This document shows positions 12,636 to 25,402 of a DNA stretch of 64,000 nucleotides, one piece after another; position 1 is the first letter of the stretch, and every line of letters begins with the position of its first letter. The translations under genes were made by a program, and so were the position numbers. This stretch comes from Haliotis rubra (lineage: Eukaryota). The notes below the pieces were generated by a model. The model did no database searches. It was not told where the DNA came from and saw nothing but the letters and a program-made list of their open reading frames with translations. The DNA lies in the NCBI RefSeq assembly GCF_003918875.1, contig NW_025765004.1, positions 62,001 to 126,000 on the forward strand, read 5' to 3'.

Positions 12636-12930
12636 AAACGCGCTGAATTCAAACCAGGCTGACAAATACTGTCTGTCTATTCAGGTCAGCACATTATACA
12701 TAGCTCTATTCATTACACTTTGCTTTTTTTCACGTCTTATAAAGGGTTTTCTACAAGATTGCATGACTGCATTAAAACAACCACCTTTCATCGACCTTTC
12801 CCGACCTGTGCCTTACAGCCTACATTTACCTATGCATCAGCTATGACCACGTGACTTGGATCAGCCAATGAATTTCCCTTAACCTCCCCTCAACAAAAAA
12901 GTACCGTCTTGTGACCTATGCTATACTACT
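12636..12930 (-). repeat. Right terminal inverted repeat of the Polinton-like element
   Basis: Inverted copy of 2799-3105 with substitutions and small indels; ends ...CTATACTACT, followed by CATGTC. Confidence 0.93.
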
Positions 12931-14844
12931 CATGTCTTTCTGGAATGGGTGGAGACACAGCTACTTCCCGTTTACCTCTGAGTAAGGACTGGACAGTGCT
13001 CCCTACCACAGTCCACAAGACCAAAACAGAAAGGTGCCGACATCAGATTCCAGAATGGACGACATGATATCTTGACTGAAGTCACCTTAAATTCCATTTC
13101 CCATTAAGAGAACCAAAAGACCCTAGCAACAAACGACAGACCCCAGTTTTATTCATGAAGGTAGTGTATAAAATTATACAGTATACTTTGGTAAAAGACA
13201 TCTAGCACTTAGGATCAGTTCATAGCTTAGGGTTGGAGGGGAGAGGGGGGGAGTCTAGTAGTTTTATTGTCTGTACTAGACAGAAACCTTTTGTCACCCT
13301 GATGACGTGAGAAGCAAAGAAAGACCTGTACATACACTGTATCTATATATAGATCATTACGCCAGGGAATGGGTATTTCCAGAGTTGAGGCGTGAGTTTA
13401 AGCGGGTTTTGATTACAATCTGTCAAAGGGGTCTTTGTGAGTTACGCATTGTATTCATCACAGTATCGGTGACTCCATGCACCGTAATCGTGTTTATAGG
13501 CATGCAACAGGTCACCTTTATAGTGTTGTCGAAGTTATACTATTTTTCTACGCAGTTAATGTAAAATAGAACTCTAACGCCATCTTTCAACATGCGTATA
13601 TCTTATATAAATGACAACGTTCGGCTGTAACATTTCATCACAGTTAGACTGGCGTTTGTTCGTTTAGTTACCTGGCTGCTGTCGATTTTAATCGTCCATC
13701 TTCCAATCATCTAACAGTCAGAACAACATAGTTTAAGTAGATAAATTTACGCATAACCTAAATTGTATTTGGATTTTTTCGCATCATACCTTAATTAACC
13801 CAAACAATGTTGTTACTAACTCCAAATTCAAAAACACAACATTTTTACAAAAAGTAAAAATGGATACATGTAATGTGATACTGAAAAGATTCTTAGCGAA
13901 AGAAATCCAATTGTGACGTGACATGAATCAGGTGACAGCAGACGCTGTCCAACTCACAGTAGCATCCAGCCATGTTCAAGGTGTCAACAAACAAGGCAAG
14001 ATGTGACAGATCCAACTACAACGAGGAATAAAGCAGAAAAAACACAAGTTTGAAACAATAACTCAGCTTAACTTTATTAATATTCAAGACTTGTAATCAG
14101 GAAGAAAAATAAAATAAGAGCACAATATAGAACAATCGGAGATAACTTGGTGGTATATGGTGTATAACGGCTATATACATAGCTAACATCTAACAATGTG
14201 TTATGTCTTTAGAATAACCCATTAAAATGTAGGCCATACTACAGTTCTCTAATTATGGGGTCGGGCGGAAATTACATTGTAAGTTATCGTTTTGTTGTTC
14301 CTTCACGTGATAAGTCCTTCTCTGAGTTGCCACTGGGTCGTTTGAATCACACAGAAAATGAACGCAATCCTTCAATGTGGTACACATTATTCCTTTGAAA
14401 CAGACCCACTCTTAAACGTCATTATTATTTGATTGTCAAGATAATCTCGACATATTATCACTTTGTGCAAATGGATGGTAAATGTATCCAAACCCAAGAT
14501 CGCTATCTCACGGATATCTCAAAAATGGATATAGTTTTGTGCCACTGAGATGGCAAATTACCTAAGTTTGCATTGTTATTTTTAAAAAATATAACCCATT
14601 ATGTATGCTAATACACTGGCAACTTTTAACGTTCAAGGACGCTGCTCATGTGATGAACTGCTGACAACACCATCGCAATTGTTGTTAATTTAACCTCTGC
14701 CATTTGGTTGCAGCCATTCGTTAACTCTGCAAAAACAAACGAACCCAGAAAATATATACTGAAAAAATAAGGGATCAGATAAAATTCAGATCACGTCAAA
14801 CATAACAGAGTCATTGTTTTCAGTTTATAAGAAGAAAGACAGTA

Positions 14845-14993
14845 NNNNNNNNNNNNNNNNNNNNNNNNNNNNNNNNNNNNNNNNNNNNNNNNNNNNNNNN
14901 NNNNNNNNNNNNNNNNNNNNNNNNNNNNNNNNNNNNNNNNNNNNNNNNNNNNNNNNNNNNNNNNNNNNNNNNNNNNNNNNNNNNNNNNNNNNN
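14845..14993. other. Assembly gap (N run)
   Basis: Run of n. Confidence 1.
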
Positions 14994-15265
14994 CTCACAA
15001 CTGTCTTGCAACGTCTGGGCATACATCCAATCAAGTTAAATCTAGATATCATTCAGAGACAGATACGATCCTTTATTGTGTGCCTTCAGTATATTTTCGT
15101 GCCATGTAAGTAGGTTATTTAAACTTGATGTTTTATTTAAGAAGAACTGTAATAGGATTTGTGAGATCCCGTCAACTGTCTTTATCGCACATGCTTCATT
15201 AGGTTCGATTTTAAAATCATCAAATGAAATATATTTATACGACATGCTAGAAACGGTTTGCTGAC

Positions 15266-16438
15266 CTGGTGTATCTGGCTGGTAAGTAGCATAAGAGACC
15301 GGCTGATCGAGACACTGGGGGCCCGTCCATCCGATCTCGCACCTTCTGCAGGTGCCCGAAGTCTGGTCACAGTCAAGACATCTGTACGGACACGCCATCT
15401 CGCATTTCTTGCCGTGGAATCCAGTCATACAACCATTTTCACACTGTCCTGCCATGTTACATGTAGTGTTCACGCAGTTCGCCGAACACTCAGACTGGCA
15501 GTCGGGGCCGTAAAGCCCTGCTTTGCACATGAGGCACGATGCTGAGGAGAACTGATGGCATTTCATGCAGTCAGCGCCACACCTCTCACTGCAGGCCTTC
15601 ACCTGTCCAACCATCCTTGCAGCCATCAATGCACCGGCCAGACTTGTGTTTATTCAGACAGTTATGTTTATCACATTTACGTCCATGCCACCCTTCCATA
15701 CAATCAGATATGCAGACACCGTCCTCCTGGTAACAAGCCTTCTTCTTACATCCTTGACCGCACGTTTCGTTACACGTGGACCCCCACCATCCTTCAGCAC
15801 ATCCTTCCAGACACTTGCCGCTGGTCCGGTGACAGTTCCTCACGTTGTCGTAGCTTAGACGGCAGGTAGTGGGGCAGAGTGTGTCACAACCCTCGGTGTA
15901 TCGTCCAGGAAGACACTGATGACACCGCCCTGTCTGTTTATGGCAGCCCCCCAACCAGCAGCTGACACAGGCGTGTTCACACTGGTACCCCCAGTACCCA
16001 TACAAACACTCCTCGCATGTGCCACTTTTACACAAAGTACACCTTGATTCACTGCAGACCTTCGCACTGGTTCCACCTGGAAGTATCAGATGAAAGAACA
16101 TCTTCAACTAAATGTATAAACATTTAAACCGCACAGACTCAATTCAGTTGCTAAACAACTCTAATCTTTGAGAATCGACTTAAGGACCTACGACTGAACA
16201 TTCCGAAAGGGTATTTGGTTAGAGATACGAACGGAGACGAAGGAGTATGTTTTCCGGACATCCAGCACAATCAGCCGACAAATTATTTGTTTGTAAAACT
16301 CGAGGATACACATTTTTTTATGTAAACAACGTTCCTGAAAGTAGTTGGATCAGCTTTCAAAGCTAAGGTACACTTACAGCAGACGAGCTGAATCACCAAC
16401 ACAGTGAAGAGTGTACTCTGAAATGATAAATGTGTCAT
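15266..16438 (-). CDS. Multiple-EGF-like-domain protein A (MEGF10/SREC-like): signal exon 16438-16378, ectodomain exon 16076-15266; one frameshift; TM and tail exons not located
   Basis: MTHLSFQSTLFTVLVIQLVC|gtaagt, then ttccag|CGTSAKVC... with repeated CxxGxxGxxC motifs. An extra base near 15594 separates the two track ORFs (GWTGEG/CSERC). Phase-1 donor after PDTP. Confidence 0.8.
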
Positions 16439-17469
16439 AAAAGGAATCAGTGTTTCCATTGATTCAGGTGATGCATAAGACAAGAAAAATAAAACAGACT
16501 ATATATTTCAAGTAATAACACGTGCGAGGCCAAGACAGGTAAACAAACCAATGAAATAGGTTACCTTGACATTATTAAACAATAACAGTTTTATTTATCG
16601 TACTTGAACCTGACCTAACAAACATGTCAACCTTGCACTCGACCAATCAGGGAGTAACACTACAATTACAGTGGGTCACACACATACCGCGTCACAACAA
16701 CTGTCGTGTTGACAGACGACACAACTCGAAGTGTTAACTATTAAGCGCAGTACGGGTAGCAGTTGTTGGCCGCTGTGATATCTCTACAGACATGTACCTT
16801 ACACATCTAGTAATGTGCAGGTATTCCGGTTTTCACAGATCTTGTTTGAGTTGGTTCTGCATAAAACAAAGGACATGACGTTATCATAGAATCTGTAATT
16901 AAATAAACAGGTCTCCAGAGATACATGCTCCATCACTTATATGCTTACTCTTACTGCAAATCATATATCATATGCAAGAAACAAGAACAAATTGTGTGAA
17001 GTTTTACTGTCCACGATAAACAGATCCATTTTCTCAACTCACAGATACCCAGCGTGCCACAAGCTGCTGGCGAAGTCTTCCTCCGGTGACTATATTTCCG
17101 GGGTTGAGAGTAGTAGCTCAACTAAGAGAACGTGGGTATGCTTTCACGCCAAATTCAGCAACATTCTAGGTATATCACGGCGAGGTACCCCAGAAATGAG
17201 CTTTACACAGTGCGACCATGTAGGAATCAAACCTGGCTCTTAAGAGACCAGGATTATTCCATCGCCCACTGAAACAAGACAACATCATCATTAAACATTG
17301 CAGTCTTACATTAAACAATAACAACATCAACAGTAAACATTGTGCAAATACATACAAGCACAACAAATATTACTAGTTAACAGAAATGTACGTCATTTTA
17401 GATCTACACATATTACCTTCAATATTCTACTAGATAATGCCAGTAGTCAGTCAGTAGTGACACCTCCAG

Positions 17470-17950
17470 ATTACCCAACCTGCCCCGACGCGCAGTGAGG
17501 GCAAAATATTGACATATATCTGCAGTCGTTGTTTAAAACTAGCTGACATCAGATAAGCTCCGCTCATACATGACTTTTAGTACACTTAAGCCTAATGAGC
17601 GTTACAAGGTTCTACATACGTATATGTTTAGATTCGTGTTATGTGTTGCTGAATATGTGATGGTGTTGTACTGTAACAGTGAGTGTAGAAACCTGGAACC
17701 AGAGGCCTTCATTGCATATTGTCAACACAACATATTCACACGCGATAGCAAGGGTAATACGTGTCATGAAATCATTCCCATGCAGAAAGAGATTAACACA
17801 AACCAAATTATTGAAATTGTCGTGATAATGAAGAGTTATGTTCAAGCAAACAAGTTTATGGACATATGCTGTGTGCATTGCTTCACGTCTAACATTCGGG
17901 TAACCTACAAGTTATGTGCCCTTGGCATGTACCGGGAAGTAATCGACAAC
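17470..17950 (-). pseudogene. Possible highly decayed EGF-repeat exon
   Basis: Minus-strand Cys-rich fragments across frames (GTCQGHITCRLPEC*, SICP*TCLL, ICNEGLW, FCPHCASG), with stops. Confidence 0.3.
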
Positions 17951-18299
17951 TCGTCAGTGTATATGATAATGTTCACAATAATATGATGATAATAATATGA
18001 TGAAAGCAAGGAATTCCACAGCTGTTTCAAGCGTGCCAAGGTTGTTGGACAGATTCTGAAATTTGAGGTTGATTTTGTTGACCTCCTGACAGACGCCCGG
18101 GGGTAGCGAGGTGCTGATAGTGAATTTTGTTTTGCGGCCATCTATCTAATCCTTCTAAGTTTCCGCAAGGCTAGCTGTTGATCATCATTTCGTTACACAA
18201 GTCTATCTTCATAGTAAATTGTCTGTTACAGTCTGTATCTCGGTGGTATTTCTGGTATTTCTGCGAATGAACTTTCACATGTGTCGAGAAATATTTCAA

Positions 18300-18480
18300 T
18301 AGTAACACCCTTTGATTTCTATTTCACAACTTTACAGGTACAATCGAGCATGCTATTTCTAAGAAGAATCCAATAAGCGCCATACGACTCATGCTGAAAG
18401 GTTTACTCAATGAAGGTTACAATAGTCAAGGCCTCGGTAAAGCTTTCAAACGTCTTATGGAACACATGTGCGGGACGTTT
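18300..18480 (+). mobile_element. Possible decayed Penelope-like retroelement fragment
   Basis: ISQLYRYNRAC...LLNEGY...LGKAFKR resembles the post-RT region of Penelope-like elements (ISQLIRYARAC...LL.QGY). Confidence 0.4.
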
Positions 18481-19159
18481 GCCAGTTTGATGCCTAAGTA
18501 ACCAAACAATTGACTTGCCTTTTCATATGTTAGAGACGGTTTCACGAGAAGCAATATATATGCTTACCTCTTGTAGCATGGCAGCTTAAAAGTGATTCAT
18601 AATGTATTTGACCAAGTATTTCGTCAAAATCATGGGATGGGATTTGTTTTCATCACTTATTGTGGAAATGGTCATTTTATTATCAGAATCTGTTTTTCGT
18701 GCTCTTATGATACAAACACAAAATTATTTCAAACGTTTTGTGGAAGAATGTGGCGGCTATTTGCAGATTTCATGCCTCAGTAACCAAAATATTCCTTAAT
18801 GCAATTCACTATTTTGACCATATGTTTTTGTCTTTTCCAGTGAACGGCTTGCCTTTGCACGTGTTAGTGGATATGAAGATTTAGTGGCTCTCAATATGGA
18901 GTTGAAGTATATGAACATCTTTATACAAGGACAAGACCATAACCAAGTCTCAGTATTGAGACATATAAAACCACGTGCAGTCCATCCGGCGATTACATCA
19001 TTTATTTATATCCAATGACTATTTACAAAGACAACTCTACAGCAATACGAGCCGTCAATAAATGCTATAAACTGGGGCAAAATACCACAGAAAACATTCA
19101 GCTAAAGCCACGCAACAATTCAAAGTAATAGAGATGAATGCAAGAAAAATGTACAATTT

Positions 19160-19296
19160 NNNNNNNNNNNNNNNNNNNNNNNNNNNNNNNNNNNNNNNNN
19201 NNNNNNNNNNNNNNNNNNNNNNNNNNNNNNNNNNNNNNNNNNNNNNNNNNNNNNNNNNNNNNNNNNNNNNNNNNNNNNNNNNNNNNNNNNNNNNNN
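19160..19296. other. Assembly gap (N run)
   Basis: Run of n, followed by a ~96-bp-spaced duplicated stretch (19297 and ~19393). Confidence 1.
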
Positions 19297-19478
19297 ATTA
19301 CGCATTTGCATCACGTTATGTATGTGTGTGTAAGAATGGACGAGTTGCTCTCCGTTCCTGAATTTTCGATTTGAATGACCCAGTTGACTGTTTTACGCAT
19401 TTGTATCACGTTATGTATGTGTGTGCAATAAGAATGGACGAGTTGCCTCCCGTTCTTGCACCATGCAAGCGAACTCTG

Positions 19479-19765
19479 GGTGAGTGAGTGAGTGAGTGAG
19501 TGGAGTGAGTGAGTGAGTGAGTGAGTGAGCGAGCTTTACATCGGATTCAGCAATATTCCAGCTATATGGCGGCGGTCTGTAAATAATCGAGTCTGGACCA
19601 GACAGACATCCCAGTGATCAACAGCATGAGCATCGATCTACGCAATTGGGATACAAGGACATGTGTCAACCAAGTCAGCGAGTCTGACTACCTGATCCCA
19701 TTAGTCGCCTCTTACGACAAGCATGGGTTACTGAAGATCCATTCTAACCCGGATCTTCACGGGTC
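19479..19765 (-). mobile_element. SINE with Nin/Deu-like central domain and (ACTC)n tail
   Basis: Reverse complement contains CTTGTCGTAAGAGGCGACTAA and ends GCTGGAATATTGCT plus ACTC repeats. Similar copies at ~24150-24330, 24508-24715, 30930-31050, 33865-34095, 55978-56100, 60930-61176. Confidence 0.8.
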
Positions 19766-20324
19766 CTATATGAACATACAAGAATCACTATGTGTCAGGA
19801 CCGCACACAGTGACAGAAGTGGCGGCGTTGGTGCCCCCGCGGGCCACGTAGCCTAACCAATAACTGAGGGTAAGACCATCTTCGTTTTTTAATTTACAGA
19901 ATGTTAATGTCAGGACTAGCTTCTTATAAGTCATGGCAATTTTGGCATTATAGACGTGTATATGTCATGGCTATTGGGATATTTTTATTATTTAAATAAT
20001 TAACCTTGGGAATTAAATGTTCGTTCAGACAAGGTTTGTTCTAATCATGTCGCCATGACAGTCTCTTATACCCTACTGTCAGTATGTATCCTCCAGAAGG
20101 TACACATATATGCACCAGGCTAGGCTTTCCAATACAACTTTCTCAACTTTGAAGACGTTTCAAGGTTTGGGAAATATCTTTCATACAAAGTAGAATTACA
20201 CATGCAAATTTTGAATTATACAAAACAATTTGAATTTATCTGACCATAATAAAATTATTAATGTAATCGAGTTATTCCTATAAACGATTGAATGCTTGAC
20301 GTTTAAGGCCAGCTATATATGTCG

Positions 20325-23300
20325 CTAAAAGTCAGTGTAATCAAGACATGGATCACTGGCTACAGGAGACAGGTATCCACGCGGGGTTGTTGAATTACAT
20401 GCAGCTCTACTTTCATACGCCACATTATCCACCAGGCAACAAGCTTCTTCCATAAGAGTTCGGTCTTCTCCTTGATTCCCACGTCGCGCCTGAAATCCAG
20501 TATGATCCGTCCATGAGCTCTCCGACTCGTTCCACTTCCAGTCAAATATTGGCAAGGAGTTAGCCCTCTGTAGGGATGTTTTGAACATATGCAAATGTCC
20601 AGTCTTGTGCTCTCTTGACCGTGCGGTGTGACACATAGCAACTGGGGAAGGTGGAGGTTGACCGCGTATTCTGCACGTGTTGTTGCTGCTGCTTGCAACG
20701 ACCCCATCACTTTCATCCATGTCATCTTCGTTGATGTCGTCATAAGCATTTGCAGACATCGGTACGTCTGGCAGTTGTCTACCTTGGGGACTTAGCAAGC
20801 GCCTGTTGGTCCTGATGGACGATGACGTACATGATCTGGAATTATACAGAAACATCACATGAGTTCTGACCAGGAAGAAACAAATAGTATCATAAAAAAA
20901 CAGGATATTTGATGTTTCATAATGTACAGATATCGGCACAAAAACAGTCCAATTTGAGGTACCTTCTAATGAGGAAAGCTACTGTTCCAGAAACCAGCAG
21001 CAACACCACAGATCCTATGACGTAGTTCACAGACGGTGTCATCTGGACGTCCCCGTCCTTTGTATCCAGCGTCGGTTCTAAAAACAGAAATAGGATTCCT
21101 TATACGTATTGTTTAATTCGTCAGGCAAAATTATTCCAAGTAGAACATATCGTCCTGTAAATAATCGAATCTGGTCCAGGCAAACCAGTGACTGATCTTA
21201 TAAGCTAGGATCAGTACCACCTGGGTAAGACGCTTTACCAGCCAAGTCACACTGCCTGAGTGAGTGAGTGAGTTCATATTTAACATCACATCGGCAATAT
21301 CTCAGCCATATCGTGACGAAAACAATTTATACAATAAATAATGAAAATATTTTTAAGAGTAAAACCTGTCTATAATGGACAGTAAAACACTAGAGTATCA
21401 CAGATATGAACATAAAACTAGCATATGAAACTAAAACATTTTAATTAAAGAAGACAATACAATATAAAACACGGGATATAGATCGCCAACAACTGAAGGG
21501 AGATCACCATACTAGGAACCATGGGGACTTACATTACTTTTGCTTTGCTACCCTAGCTGCATGGATCCCTTAGCTGGACTTAATAGTTTGGTAGTGCTAA
21601 ATTGACCTTGAAGTTTTGGGACGTACGTACCCTCTCATGAGTATCATACACTCGATTCCCAATCACAATCCACTCCAACAAAAATAATAGGTGTTAATGG
21701 AATCACCGAAGAATCTTTCACCTGATCATTTTACAGAACTTATCTCAGGTTGAGGATTTTTTTACACACACACATCGTTAGAATTAGTCTTACTTCTTAA
21801 AAACGTAAACAAATATATTTGATGTACAGAGTGTACAGTATGGGGTACAGTATACCAACGTGCCTCCTGTACAAAATAATACAAATTCGATATTCAAATG
21901 ATTGATTGAGTTCATATTTACGCCGCTTTCTTAACAATATTCCAGCTATATCACGTCGGGGGACACCAGAAATGGGCTTCACACATTGTACCCATGTGGG
22001 GAATCGAACCCGGATCTTTGGCGTGACGAGCGAACGCTTTAACCACTAGGCTACCCACCGCCCGATATTCAACTGTGATGTGGAGAAATGAGTATAGTTT
22101 ACAAGATATAAGCTTAGTCCAGTGAGCTAACATTACACATGAACGGAAATTGTCAGACAAGTTTACTTGCTTGCTTTGGTACGAGTTACTGGGGACAGAT
22201 AGCTGTTCTACAAGCTTCGTGGCGTTTGTAAACTTGTGCTAACCATACATTTGTTATAGATATATTTTCCACTGTAGTAATATAACGCTATGAACGCATG
22301 GTGGATCGGGCCACTTCCCTGTTTCACACAGCAGTTGTAACGCTACGTACCCAGTACTTTCCCAGAGGGTTGAATCGCTGACTTTGTGTGATGACGATAA
22401 GGTGCCTGACTACGAGAGTGTGGATTCGAATCCCGGATGGGACCAAACCCGCCCCGCCCAAAAGTACAAAAAGTACTAGAATCTGTACTTCACTGAGAAA
22501 GTGTAATCCCAAATATACTTTATGGTACGTGCAAACACTGCTGTAACATTAAAGGTAATGTACAAACCTAATCACCTACACAATAGGAAATGGCATTATT
22601 AAGTTTAAACACTAACCTGGTTGTATTTCATCTGCGAGGCATAGTCCGTTCTCCCGGTTACAGACAGAGCAATCCCCTACACACGACCTGTTGCAGAGAA
22701 AGCCGTAGTGTCCATCGTTGCAGCCGTTGATACAGTAACCTGTTTTCAGATCACATACACGTTGACGACATCCGTCACTGCACTGCTCATCACAGTCTTG
22801 TCCATAGTAGCCCGATGTACAGCCAGCTAGACACCTGCCTTGGGCATCACACAGTGCTCCTTTACAGTTAGTGGTACATCGGAATTCACATCTTGCTCCA
22901 AAGTGGCCTTTTTCACACCCATGCAGACAGACACCAGAGGAACGATTACAAGCACGAAAGGCACAGTTCTCGTTGCAGCCAAACTGGCATTTCGGCCCAA
23001 AGTTTCCATTAGCGCAGGCAACTGATTGATGATCATCTCTGCAAGTACCATCCATATGGCATCCTTCAGTGGGACATGTTTCTCTGCAGTTGGAACCACA
23101 AGATGATCCGTAAAGAAACGCTCTACATTTTGTGCATGTATTATCTAAACACTGTAGACAATCAACAGGGCATTCGAAACTGCAAGTACTTCCCCAGTAT
23201 CCTGAGATACAGCCATCAGTACAGTTTCCTGTACCGAATCCAGAGTCGGAGCATCTGTTGCTGACGCATCCTCTGCTACATCTGTACCCACAGCTCCGGC

Positions 23301-23432
23301 CATAATACCCATCTTTGCACCCCTGGGAGCATATATCCTTGACACAAAAGTCAATGCAAACAAACGTTAATCATAAACCTTTGCATCGAGATCGTTGGCA
23401 GTGTGTGTGTGGGGCTTAGGTGTTGTGTGAGT
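20325..23432 (-). CDS. Multiple-EGF single-pass receptor C: ectodomain exon ~23432-22617, TM exon 21077-20963, cytoplasmic exon 20835-20325; 5' end degenerate or uncertain
   Basis: The EGF frame is open from ~23370 (CVKDICSQGCKDGYYGRSC...) to EIQP G|gt. The TM exon reads EPTLDTKDGDVQMTPSVNYVIGSVVLLLVSGTVAFLIRR, and the tail contains YDDI, NVAY, YLSPV, DYTDF*. Intron phases 1 and 2 are compatible. A stop near 23373 and the lack of a clear signal exon suggest possible pseudogenisation. Confidence 0.82.
21258..21640 (-). repeat. Unclassified interspersed repeat with SINE-like ACTC tail (relatives start at ~44907 and ~50040)
   Basis: Shared blocks CACATCGGCAA..TCAGCCATATCGTGA, CAACTGAAGG.AGATCACCAT and TACGTACCCTCTCA. 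Confidence 0.6.
21899..22063 (-). mobile_element. tRNA-derived SINE
   Basis: Near-identical to the reverse complement of 37176-37346; A box TAGCCTAGTGG, B box GGTTCGATTCC. Confidence 0.9.
22330..22515 (+). repeat. tRNA-like-containing interspersed repeat (relative of 27033-27445)
   Basis: GGATTCGAATCCCG B box followed by AAAAAGTACTAGAATCTGTACTT...AGAAAGTGTAATCCCAAATATA, the reverse complement of ~27083-27135. Confidence 0.7.
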
Positions 23433-24749
23433 CTGAAAAACATGCAGGACTTCATAATTTACTAGATTTTGCAACTTTACAAAACATGATATTTATTGTA
23501 CATCTTATTAAACGTATTCTACATTGTCAGCACGTATACAGACCTGTTAACAGACGTTCATGGACTGTCGACAAGAGTACTCATACTTACATGCATCTTC
23601 TAGTTTGTTCAACAGAAATGTATTTGTCTGACTCATTACGGAAAAAAGGTTGACACGATTTCGCTCGCTGATTCCTGTAAACAAGGATCTGCAACTATCG
23701 TGGTGTGTCTAAATGAATTCAGAGAGAATGTATTAATTGTGCAGCCTGCTTTGTAACTTTGACAGTCTGCTAGGATTTTTTAGGCCTTACATATTAATAT
23801 TTGTATGCTAATTGATAGAAATTTAATACAAAGCCACTATTGCATGAGGTAATTATACATTACACATTTCAATCACGTTCTAAACATAAACCGTCAAGCG
23901 ATAAGAACAGCTTCGACACACTTGTGACTAGTCAAAACGTGTGCTTATTTTGTTTAATTTAAACCAATAAACCAAACTCATTCACTCACTATAGCCCATG
24001 AACATTATTGATGTTTTAAATTATCATAACTTATAAATGACACTGAAGGAATCCACACACACAGTTCGTTTAGGGGAAATCGAAACGAATGTCTTAAGAT
24101 CCGTCATGTATATGGGTAAATAGAATGAATCCATCATCACATAAAATATTTGTTGTTTGTTGTTTAAAGCCGCACTTGGCAATACTACACCCGAGCTGAT
24201 GACAGTCGGTAAATAACAGCCCAGAACAAACAATGGCGTGATTCATATCATGAGCATCGATCCACGAAACATGGATACGATGACATCCCACGGACCTGGT
24301 CACAAATTGTTGTCTGATAGATGCCTCTAGTTACGGCAGCCCTTTGTTGCTGAAGACCAGTTATAAACCGTATCTTCAAATGCCATCTTCCATGTTCCAG
24401 GACAGTAGAGTTGAGTCCAGCAGTGCCAACAGCAGTACAGTTCGTCAGATGTTTCATTCACTTGTCGTATTTTGTGTGTTTGTCTGTAGTTTAACAATCA
24501 GCAATACTGATTGATTGGTTAACGCCGCAATATTCCAGCTATATGACGATGGTTTGTGAATAACCGACCCTGGACCAGACAATCCAGTGAAGCACATCAT
24601 GAGCATCAATGTGTGCAACTGGGAACCGATGACATGTGTCAACCCAGTCAGCCAGCCCGTTAGTCGCCTCTTACGACAAGCAAGGGTTACTGAAGATTCT
24701 AACCTGAATCTTGGCAGGTTTAATCGCATGTAGATTATCGTTATTACTG

Positions 24750-25402
24750 TCCATGATCTCACTTTGTGGGCCATCTTGACCGGTTGCAGCCACCGATACA
24801 GACGCCGGATACCCAGACACGTGTGCCTGGCGTGCGGACCCTTGTTCACTGTGTCATACCGCATACTGTACAAGTCGTTTCTACAACCCGAAATACAGTC
24901 CATGTCTTCCAGATAAACGGTAAATTTTCACCTGTATCACACATGACTGCATTCCGCTTGCTCTCTCCCCACAAACTTTCTTTACACCTCTCCAAACACC
25001 TGCCTTCTGAAAACCTTCAATCTGTGACTCTTGTCGTCGCTTGATCATTGCTGTCACAGCATTCTACATACATTGCTCTGGGCTACACTGAACATATCCA
25101 CCCGTGTGTTTGTGGCACAAGGTACACAGGCGGAACTCTAGTACACATTAGCACTCTCTACAATGGCTTCTGAAGCAGTCTGAACATTTAATGTTTATTT
25201 CATTCTTTGTCGATATTCCACTCCTTGCACAAATAGTAATTACGATAAGCCCAATACGGCATGCCACATACTTCAGCATGGGGTTTATATGAACGAGTTA
25301 TTAGGATTGGGAATAAGAAAATAAGATCAAAGAAATAAATGAGGTTTACCTGTAAGGATAATTATGACAGCAACCACAAACTAACAATACTGAATAACGA
25401 CA
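24750..25402 (-). pseudogene. Decayed multi-EGF gene B (frameshifted signal exon ~25402-25350 and broken EGF exon)
   Basis: MSLFSIVSL/VVAVIIILT|gtaaac, then fragments SEGRCLERCKESLWG, DCISGCRNDLY and GVCIGGCN, with stops and frameshifts. Confidence 0.55.

Larger units (their letters stand above)
2799..12930 (+). mobile_element. Degenerate, non-autonomous Polinton/Maverick element (~4.6 kb once the nested transposon is removed)
   Basis: Long imperfect TIRs at 2799-3105 and 12636-12930 begin AGTAGT and end ACTACT. CATGTC flanks both ends (2793-2798, 12931-12936). An A32-like packaging ATPase remnant lies inside. AGT-repeat termini and 6-bp TSDs are established Polinton hallmarks. Confidence 0.9.

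Noticed and set aside
14814-15113. ORFs spanning N runs (also 19120-19374)
   Set aside because: Artefacts of assembly gaps.
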